Assembly: GCF_003231495.1 (NCBI RefSeq)
Contig: NZ_PQWO01000005.1
Coordinates: forward strand, 1-32,000
Length of the DNA: 32,000 nucleotides
Origin: Acaryochloris thomasi RCC1774
GTDB lineage: Bacteria; Cyanobacteriota; Cyanobacteriia; Thermosynechococcales; Thermosynechococcaceae
Direction of reading: 5' to 3'
Part shown: positions 1 to 6,726 of the stretch, in pieces
Numbering within the stretch: position 1 is the stretch's first letter
How the letters are laid out: the number at the start of each line of letters is the position of its first letter
Made by a program: the position numbers and the translations under genes
Notes under the pieces: generated by a model
Databases searched by the model: none
Told to the model about the DNA's origin: nothing
Seen by the model: only the letters and a program-made list of their open reading frames with translations

Positions 1-194
1 AACTGCTTAAGCCCAAATAGTTCACACAAAGCATGTTGATGCTCTTCGGCAAATGTGTGTAGAGGACGATACCCCTGATATCCGGCTAGGATGCCCATGA
101 CCATCAATAGCAGCAGAATCCACAGCGGGTGAGATCTGCCATGGGATTTGCGGAAATCAGGGACTTGTTTCAGTTCTTCTATAAGGGTGCTCAT
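1..194 (-). CDS. ISAs1-family (H-repeat-associated type) transposase, N-terminal 64 codons; continues beyond the left window edge
   Basis: Absent from the ORF track because the window edge truncates it. Reverse-strand translation from the ATG (complement of 192-194) gives MSTLIEELKQVPDFRKSHGRSHPLWILLLLMVMGILAGYQGYRPLHTFAEEHQHALCELFGLKQ. This fits the N-terminal DDE_Tnp_1-associated pattern of ISAs1 transposases (VPDxR...H.L..iL.l...a.l.G). Recognised from memory, not searched. Confidence 0.6.
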   Translation of the reverse strand, partial: MSTLIEELKQVPDFRKSHGRSHPLWILLLLMVMGILAGYQGYRPLHTFAEEHQHALCELFGLKQ

Positions 195-229
195 GGGTCA
201 ATCCACTATCGTGATGTGAATGATCCTAA
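1..229 (-). mobile_element. Terminal part of an ISAs1-like insertion sequence abutting a 5'-truncated sensor kinase gene
   Basis: The transposase starts at 194. The kinase reading frame is closed by stops at 212-214, 221-223 and 227-229 and becomes open and PAS-like only from 230, so the IS end should lie in about 195-235. The terminal inverted repeat cannot be defined because the other end is outside the window. Confidence 0.45.
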
Positions 230-469
230 TTTTTCTACGGGAAATTTAAAACAGCCCTGCATGTTTGGAAGGGGAACATCAAGAACCGGGCTAAAGATGG
301 GAGTCATTACTGGGTCAATACGACCATCATTCCTTTTTTAGACGAGCAAGGACATCCAGAGCAATATCTAGCCATTCGCTTTGATATCACCCCTCAAAAA
401 CAACTGTCGGAGGAGTTAGTCCACAAACAGGAGGAACTTACAACATTCATTGAGGATGTACCGATTGGA

Positions 470-2665
470 ATGTACTCGATCAATCGCGAGGGATATATTG
501 TTTGGACGAACGACAAACAAAGAGAGATGCTTGGATACCAAAAAGAAGACTGTATTGGACAGCATGTTAGTGAATTGTACGTAGATTTAGCATCGAATAG
601 AAAGGTAATTGAGCACCTAGATAAGCAGGAAAATCTCCGCAATTACGATGCACAAATGAAGTGCAAAGACAATTCAAATAAAGACGTTTTGATCTCCTCT
701 AGTACTTGTTCACAAAGCAGTGAATTTGCTCAGAATCGATACTTTACTTACGACATCACAGCGCGTAAATGTATGGAGCGCGCGCTACGGAAAAGCGAAA
801 ATATATTTCGATTGCTGACGGAAAATTTGCGTGAAGTCTTTTGGATGACTAGCATCAATCTTACAGATCCGAGTCAGCAGCAAATTTTATATATTAGTCC
901 TGCCTATGAAGACATCTGGGAACGCGATCGGCAATCTCTATATCACGATCCTATGAGGTGGATTGAGGCGATACATCCAGAGGACCGGGAGCGCGTCACG
1001 GAACATTTCATGGACCAGGTAATTCAAGGTGGCTTCGATCATCAATATCGAATTATACGACCAGATGGTTCTATTCGCTGGATTAGAGATCGGGGCTTTC
1101 CTTTAAGCGATTATTCGGGGGAAACAATCACAATTACGGGATTTGCCGAAGATATTACCCAACGCAAAGCGACCGAAGATAGACTCCGCCTGCTTGAATC
1201 TGTTGTAGTTAATGCTAACGATGCAGTCATCGTCACTGAAGCAGAACCGTTTGGTGAACCTGGACCACGTATTGTCTATGTCAACGAAGCTTTCACGCAA
1301 TTGACAGGCTATCAGTCAGAGGAAGTCATCGGCCAGACCCCGCGTATTCTGCAGGGACCAAAAACCGATCGCAAAATACTTGATAAAATTCGGGCCGCTT
1401 TAGAAACTTGGCAGCCGATTAGGGTTGAGTTAGTCAACTATTGCAAAGATGGTTCTGAATTTTGGGTTGAGCTGATGATCACACCCATTACCAATGAATC
1501 AGGCTGGTTTACCCACTGGATCTCTGTCCAGCGGGATATTACTGAACGAAAACAAACAGAGATGATTCTGCAACAGAATGAACAGCGATTTCGTGCCCTG
1601 ATTGAGCATGCCTCAGACATCATCATCCTGCTAGATACGGATGGAATGATTTCCTATATCAGTCCCTCGATTGAGAGCACTTTAGGATATTTTTCTCAAG
1701 ATTTTATAGGTAAGCCAATGGTCACCTGGCTTCACCCAAATGACCAAAACAAGATCACAAAAGCTTTATCTAAGTCTTCACAACGACAGAAAGCGGAGAA
1801 TATCCCCGAAATACGCTGGCGAAGCATTAAGGAGGAGTGGCGCTTCTTCGAAGTGATCATCAAAAAGTTGTCTGAGGGCACCGCATTCAGTGGCTTTGTC
1901 GTCACCGCTCATGACATGACTGAGCGCAAAAAAATTGTGAAGATGCAGCAAGACTTGGAGCGGGAGAAAGAGCTGAGCGAGTTAAAACTTCGCTTTTTCT
2001 CTATGGCATCCCATGAATTTCGGACGCCTCTGAGTGTCATTTTAATTGCAGCCCAGACGATAGAAAACTATGGAAGCATAGAGCAGGCTGAAAAATTAAT
2101 TCGGAATACTCAGCGGATTCAAAGCAGTGTCTACCATTTGAGAAGCATGTTAACGAATGTTCTTTCAATTGCTAGAACTGAGGCAGAGAAAGTAGAATTT
2201 TCCCCCCAACATCTAAATTTATATAAATTCTGTTCTCAAATCATGAAGGTACTGTATGAAGAACAAAAAGAAAAAATGTCTGAATCTCAAATTAAATTCG
2301 CGCTTGACGGTACAAATAGAGAAGTATTCTGTGATCCAAAGTTGCTCCATTCGATGTTGACAAATCTACTGTCTAACGCGGTCAAGTATTCTCCAAAAGG
2401 TGGCGTCATTGACTTCTCTGTGACAATCCAATCTGAGTGGATTGAATTTGTAGTCAAAGATCAGGGGATTGGGATTCCTCTAGAAAATCAATCCCATTTA
2501 TTTGAGCCATTTTACAGAGGAGAGAATGTCGGCAAAGTCCAAGGCTCTGGTTTGGGGCTAGCCATTGTCAAAAGGTATTCAGACTTACATGGGGGGCAAG
2601 TCGCCTGCGAGAGTGTTGAAGGCATTGGAACTACATTTACGATTCATCTACCCGTTAGCTCATGA
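470..2665 (+). CDS. Multi-PAS sensor histidine kinase (PAS/PAC x3-4, HisKA, HATPase_c); 5' end probably truncated
   Basis: 731-aa ORF. PAS/PAC blocks include YRIIRPDGSIRWIRDRGFP and NYCKDGSEFWVELMITPI...SVQRDITERK. H-box is SHEFRTPL (His codon 2012-2014). ATPase boxes are LLSNAVKYSP, DQGIGIP and GSGLGLAIV. The same frame is open upstream to 230 and encodes another PAS C-terminus. Confidence 0.9.
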   Translation: MYSINREGYIVWTNDKQREMLGYQKEDCIGQHVSELYVDLASNRKVIEHLDKQENLRNYDAQMKCKDNSNKDVLISSSTCSQSSEFAQNRYFTYDITARKCMERALRKSENIFRLLTENLREVFWMTSINLTDPSQQQILYISPAYEDIWERDRQSLYHDPMRWIEAIHPEDRERVTEHFMDQVIQGGFDHQYRIIRPDGSIRWIRDRGFPLSDYSGETITITGFAEDITQRKATEDRLRLLESVVVNANDAVIVTEAEPFGEPGPRIVYVNEAFTQLTGYQSEEVIGQTPRILQGPKTDRKILDKIRAALETWQPIRVELVNYCKDGSEFWVELMITPITNESGWFTHWISVQRDITERKQTEMILQQNEQRFRALIEHASDIIILLDTDGMISYISPSIESTLGYFSQDFIGKPMVTWLHPNDQNKITKALSKSSQRQKAENIPEIRWRSIKEEWRFFEVIIKKLSEGTAFSGFVVTAHDMTERKKIVKMQQDLEREKELSELKLRFFSMASHEFRTPLSVILIAAQTIENYGSIEQAEKLIRNTQRIQSSVYHLRSMLTNVLSIARTEAEKVEFSPQHLNLYKFCSQIMKVLYEEQKEKMSESQIKFALDGTNREVFCDPKLLHSMLTNLLSNAVKYSPKGGVIDFSVTIQSEWIEFVVKDQGIGIPLENQSHLFEPFYRGENVGKVQGSGLGLAIVKRYSDLHGGQVACESVEGIGTTFTIHLPVSS

Positions 2666-3339
2666 AGATTCTATTAGTTGAAGATGACTTTTCCCTGGCC
2701 GAGGTACTCACTGAAGCGCTTAATGATTATGGCTATGTGGTTGATGTTGCGATCGATGGGGAAAAGGGCTGGTATCAGGCAACAGAAGATAACTACGGCA
2801 TTATTCTGCTCGATTGGATGTTACCCAAACTTGATGGCATCACTGTGTGTAAGCGATTGCGGGAAACTAGCTATACGGTGCCGATTCTAATGATGACCGC
2901 TCGGGATGGCAGTACTGACAAGGTGATGGGATTAGATGCAGGTGCTGATGATTATGTTGTTAAGCCCATCGATTTAGCAGAGCTGCTTGCAAGAATTCGA
3001 GCTTTACTACGACGTGGTCCTAGCACAATGATGCCTGTCCTAACCTGGGGAGACATACAGTTGAATCCTAGCAATCATGAAGTTTTCTATCAAAAGCAGG
3101 AAATAAACCTGACACCCAAGGAATTTTCGCTACTTGAGCTTTTTTTGCGTAGTGGTCGCCAGGTTCTCAGTCGTCGAATGATCCTCAATCAACTTTGGGA
3201 TTTTGAAGATCAACCAGAAGAAGAAGCCGTCAAGGCCCACATCAAGTTACTCCGACGCAAGTTCTCCTTAGCAGGTGTCCCTACAGATCCAATCAAAACC
3301 ATTCGCGGTATAGGCTACTGCCTCAAAAAACTCAACTAG
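2662..3339 (+). CDS. OmpR-family response regulator (REC + winged-helix Trans_reg_C)
   Basis: 225 aa. REC motifs are MKILLVEDD, ILLDWMLPKLDG and DDYVVKP. The C-terminal region LTPKEFSLLELFLRSGRQVLSR...IRGIGYCL is typical of OmpR/PhoB output domains. Its ATG overlaps the kinase stop (ATGA at 2662-2665), suggesting translational coupling. Confidence 0.92.
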   Translation: MKILLVEDDFSLAEVLTEALNDYGYVVDVAIDGEKGWYQATEDNYGIILLDWMLPKLDGITVCKRLRETSYTVPILMMTARDGSTDKVMGLDAGADDYVVKPIDLAELLARIRALLRRGPSTMMPVLTWGDIQLNPSNHEVFYQKQEINLTPKEFSLLELFLRSGRQVLSRRMILNQLWDFEDQPEEEAVKAHIKLLRRKFSLAGVPTDPIKTIRGIGYCLKKLN

Positions 3340-3401
3340 GATTAATGATTACAGGTCGTCTAGCTTCATTTGGACATAGAATCGTCCCAAAGGAGATTGC
3401 T

Positions 3402-3608
3402 ATGAACAGCTCATTAAGGCAACGCTCATACACAGGCAAAGACCTCTTTGTTGGCATTGATATTCGTAAACGCACCTACTCAGTTGCAGTGGTGATGGAG
3501 GGAGCGCTGGTCAAGAAATGGCAGACGTTCGCAGACCCAGTGAAGCTGGCCCATCAGCTCATTGCCTATTTCCCTAAAGCCTTACTACAAGGAGCACGAA
3601 ATTTTTGA
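3402..3608 (+). pseudogene. IS110-family transposase, N-terminal stub only (about 60 aa)
   Basis: An AAGGAG Shine-Dalgarno lies 8 nt upstream of ATG 3402. MNSSLRQRSYTGKDLFVGIDIRKRTYSVAVVMEGALVKKWQTFADPVKLAHQLIAYFPKA fits the DEDD_Tnp_IS110 N-terminus (fvGIDvhK..y.vav). Full-length enzymes exceed 300 aa. Similarity stops where the convergent TPR/GT41 gene ends (3585). Confidence 0.6.
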
Positions 3609-5987
3609 GAACAGATGTTCTAATGCTCGGGTCTGATCTTCTGCATTACATAGCGCAGAGACAGCCATTGTGGATCGTAGAGTGCTGCGCAATGTTGCCA
3701 ATTTCTCTAGATCTAGAGTGGCAGCTATAACCCTTTCAACATAAGCTTCAGGTGAATAGGTCACCCATTTCGCTAGACCTACAGTGCTTAACAGGCTCAA
3801 TCCTACCCGACTCACGTGAGTTTGCCCCGCTAGCGTGATCACAGGTACTCCCATCCATAGCGATTCACAGGTGGTGGTGGTGCCATTGTAGGGGAAGGGA
3901 TCGAGGGCAAGATCTAGACGGTGGTAGAACGCTAGGTGTTCTGCACTGTCCTGAAGAGGACCATAGAGCTGTACACGCTCACGCGAAATATCATGCTGGG
4001 CGAATAAGCGCCAGAATCGCTCCTGGGTAGGCGGATCATCTAAGCAGCGCATCTTCATGAGCAGTTGGGCTTCAGGGAGCGCCTGCAGGATCTTGGCCCA
4101 ACACTCAATCACCTGGGGAGATAGCTTAGCGAGATTGTTGCAAGACCCAAGGGTGAGGTTCCCTGTGGTGAGAGCAGGTAAGTTATTGACGGGTGGGGCA
4201 TTGGGCGGCGGCTGGTAGCACAAAAAACACTGGGGCAGTCGGATCAAGGTCTCTGTATAGTCACACTCCGTCAAGCCAGGAGGATCAGCTAAGGCGTCAG
4301 TGATGCGGTAGTTCATGGTCGTCAGCCCTGTGGTGTTGGGGTAACCCAGGTAGGTGATTTGAATCGGGGCGGGCTGACGGGCAAAAACCGGCAGGCGATT
4401 ATTACCGGTATGACCAGCAAGGTCGATCAAGATATCGATGTGATCTTCTTGAATCAGATCTGCTAGTTGCTCATCCGTGAGTGCATAGACATCTCGCCAC
4501 AGATGCCCGAGGGCTTTAATTCTCTCCGTATCGGCATCAGGGACGGCGACGTTGGCATAGCAATAAACCTGAAACGCCTCACGATCGTGATGCTTGAGAA
4601 TCGGTTCAATAAAGTAGGCAACGGAATGCTGGCGAAAGTCTGGTGACAGGTACCCAATGCGGAGCGGCTGATCAATCGAGTAAGAGGGCAGGGTGGTCAC
4701 CTTCGCCTGTTCCTGTGCACCCCAGCGACGGTGGGCCTCAGCAATAAAGTCACGGCTGTAGCTAGAGTCGTAGTTGAGGGCATAAAGAAAATTCGATTGG
4801 GCGGGATGATAGTCAGGCTCTAGCTTTAACAAGGTCTGAAAGCTGGCAATCGCTTCAGGAATCCGCCCCTGAGCAGTGAGGGCAAATCCCAGATTAATAT
4901 AGGCAGAAGCACTGTCCGGCTCTAGGGCAATTGCCTTTTGACAGTGGGTAATCGCACCCGAGACTTGACCCACAACACCGAGGGTAAATCCTAAATTGAT
5001 ATGGGCCTGAGTTAAGTCAGGATCAAGTTGAAGGGCTTGGCGCAGATGTGCGATCGCATCTTCAAACCGTCCTTGGTCGCTATACACAGACCCCAAGTTA
5101 CAGTGGGCTGCGGCATTGGCTGGATTTTGGCTGAGCAAACGTTTTAGAAGTGCGATCGCATCTTCAAACCGTCGCTGAGCTTTAAGCACCAGAGCCAACC
5201 GAGTAACCACATCAGCATTTTGGGGATGGTGAATGCGAGCCTGCTTAAGCTGTTGTTCAGCGGCAGTAAAGTTCTTCTGCTCTTGGAGAAGGGCGACAAG
5301 ACGCAGATGGGCCTCAAGCCATTCAGGACGAGAGCGCAGACTTTCCTGATAGGCAAGGATTGCAGCTGCGTCATTTCCTTGAGCAGAGAGGGCATTGCCC
5401 AAATTGTAGTGGGCTTCAGGATCGTTGGGGGACAGTGCAATGGCTTGCTGATGGCAGCGCACCGCTTCATCGAACCGGCCTAGGGCTTTCAGCGTATTGC
5501 CCAAATTGGTATGGGCGCGGGTGAGCTGGGGGTTGTGGGAAATAGCAGCTCGATAGCAGATCGCCGCTACCTCTAGCTGCTCTTGCTGCTGGAGTAATCT
5601 GCCCAGATTAAAGTGGGCTGCGGCTAGGTTAGGCTGCAGTTGAATCGATTGGCGGAAAGCTGACTCTGCCTCTGCTGCGTTCCCTTGAGCCTGGAGAGTA
5701 TTGCCGAGATTGAACCAAATGTCGGAGCGGTTGGGCTGGAGAGTGAGGGCTTTTTTTTGGGTTGCGATCGCATCTTCCAAGCGTCCCATTTGCTTCAGGA
5801 GACTTCCCATATTTACACGCACATCGACGTGATTGGGTTCTAGAGAAAGCACCTGTTGATACACTTCTAGTGCTTGAGAAAAATTACGCTGACGATGCCA
5901 GTGAACAGCTTGGTTAAACAATTGTTGAACATTGGCCTGAGGATCATGCGACTGTTCAGAATCCAAAGGAGCAGACATCAATAACAT
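3585..5987 (-). CDS. TPR-repeat protein with C-terminal GT41 (SPINDLY / O-GlcNAc-transferase-like, COG3914-type) glycosyltransferase domain
   Basis: 800 aa. The N-terminal ~400 aa are consecutive 34-aa TPR units (A.....A..L.P......NLG). The C-terminal half carries the pattern IGYLSPDFRQHSVAYF...IDILIDLAGHTGNNRLPVFA...ITYLGYPNTTGL..MNYRITD...DPFPYNGTTTTCESLWMGVPVITL, characteristic of bacterial SPY/OGT-like GT41 enzymes. Confidence 0.85.
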   Translation of the reverse strand: MLLMSAPLDSEQSHDPQANVQQLFNQAVHWHRQRNFSQALEVYQQVLSLEPNHVDVRVNMGSLLKQMGRLEDAIATQKKALTLQPNRSDIWFNLGNTLQAQGNAAEAESAFRQSIQLQPNLAAAHFNLGRLLQQQEQLEVAAICYRAAISHNPQLTRAHTNLGNTLKALGRFDEAVRCHQQAIALSPNDPEAHYNLGNALSAQGNDAAAILAYQESLRSRPEWLEAHLRLVALLQEQKNFTAAEQQLKQARIHHPQNADVVTRLALVLKAQRRFEDAIALLKRLLSQNPANAAAHCNLGSVYSDQGRFEDAIAHLRQALQLDPDLTQAHINLGFTLGVVGQVSGAITHCQKAIALEPDSASAYINLGFALTAQGRIPEAIASFQTLLKLEPDYHPAQSNFLYALNYDSSYSRDFIAEAHRRWGAQEQAKVTTLPSYSIDQPLRIGYLSPDFRQHSVAYFIEPILKHHDREAFQVYCYANVAVPDADTERIKALGHLWRDVYALTDEQLADLIQEDHIDILIDLAGHTGNNRLPVFARQPAPIQITYLGYPNTTGLTTMNYRITDALADPPGLTECDYTETLIRLPQCFLCYQPPPNAPPVNNLPALTTGNLTLGSCNNLAKLSPQVIECWAKILQALPEAQLLMKMRCLDDPPTQERFWRLFAQHDISRERVQLYGPLQDSAEHLAFYHRLDLALDPFPYNGTTTTCESLWMGVPVITLAGQTHVSRVGLSLLSTVGLAKWVTYSPEAYVERVIAATLDLEKLATLRSTLRSTMAVSALCNAEDQTRALEHLFSKISCSL

Positions 5988-6276
5988 ATCCTCAGCGTAC
6001 GTTTCCTCAACCTAGTATATTCGGATGGATTTTGAAATATAAATTCATAGAACAGAAAATCTTTGCACACGCCTCTCAGCCCCAATCCAAGCAAAGTTCT
6101 CAATCGAAGACAGGGCATCTAAATCATCAACCAACACCTTTAAAGAATCGCAGATCCATCACTGATGCGGGTGAATAAATATCGCGTCTATTTAAGCAGC
6201 TCGTAATCACAAGAAAAATGACAGATATATAAACAGTCCAAGTAATGACGACTCGATATATATATGTTAGATTATC

Positions 6277-6326
6277 TTCGGGGAACACAAGCATGACCTA
6301 GACGCGGGGTTTTATAGGTCTTACTC
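6277..6326. promoter_or_regulatory. Conserved paired CGGGG(TTT) element upstream of FG-GAP/RTX gene 1 (copies at 13472-13540 and 17354-17402)
   Basis: 6304-6326 GCGGGGTTTTATAGGTCTTACTC and 17355-17377 GCGGGGTTTTAAAAGTCTTACTG match at 20/23 positions. A second CGGGG lies 26-27 nt away in both (6279 and 6305; 17356 and 17383). The third locus has GGCGGGGTT at 13472 and TTCGGGGG 54 nt later. Function unknown. Confidence 0.4.
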
Positions 6327-6726
6327 ATATTTTTTTGGGGTCTTACAGCTTTAACATGTTGCGTTGCATTGGCTTTGCGGCCTATGGATTGACCTGTGCA
6401 GCTTGATTTGAAGGGAAATCCTATTCTCGGGAAAGCGGTCTCCGAGCTATCCAGACAATGCTATGAATGGCTTGAATATCGGGCTATGTGGAGCTTCTTT
6501 TCGCTACCACGATATCCTCGTGCGCAATTACTTTCCTGGCCCTTCAGTCCTTTCTATAGCTCTTTATTTTCAAGAGAATTAGCAGATTAATCACATAACT
6601 TAAAGTTGAATCTCTAGAATATTTTTTATTTGATTCATCTATTTCTAGTAGAGTTATATTTCTATATAGAAACTCCTACAATTCTCTTTTATTCATCTCT
6701 ATTTTTGGCGTCAGAGAGGCAAAAAA

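Noticed and set aside
129-341. 70-aa plus-strand ORF across the IS/kinase junction (and 394-642 on the minus strand)
   Set aside because: It spans the antisense of the transposase start and an out-of-frame part of the PAS remnant, and shows no coding signature.
1205-1555. LOV-like PAS domain in the kinase as a possible blue-light sensor
   Set aside because: The segment IVYVNEAFTQLTGYQSEEVIGQTPRILQGPKTD...NYCKDGSEFWVEL...VQRDIT aligns with LOV. However, the adduct-forming Cys of GxNCRFLQG is Pro (codon 1340-1342) and the FWN Asn is Val. It fits the widespread non-photoactive NPR[IF]LQ-type PAS class, so I make no photoreceptor claim.
6396-6590. 64-aa ORF (GTG start) in the GT41/RTX intergenic region; similarly 13708-13902 (-) and 21235-21462 (+)
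   Set aside because: They lie in AT-rich intergenic DNA, have no SD, are not conserved between the duplicated upstream regions, and have no recognisable motif.
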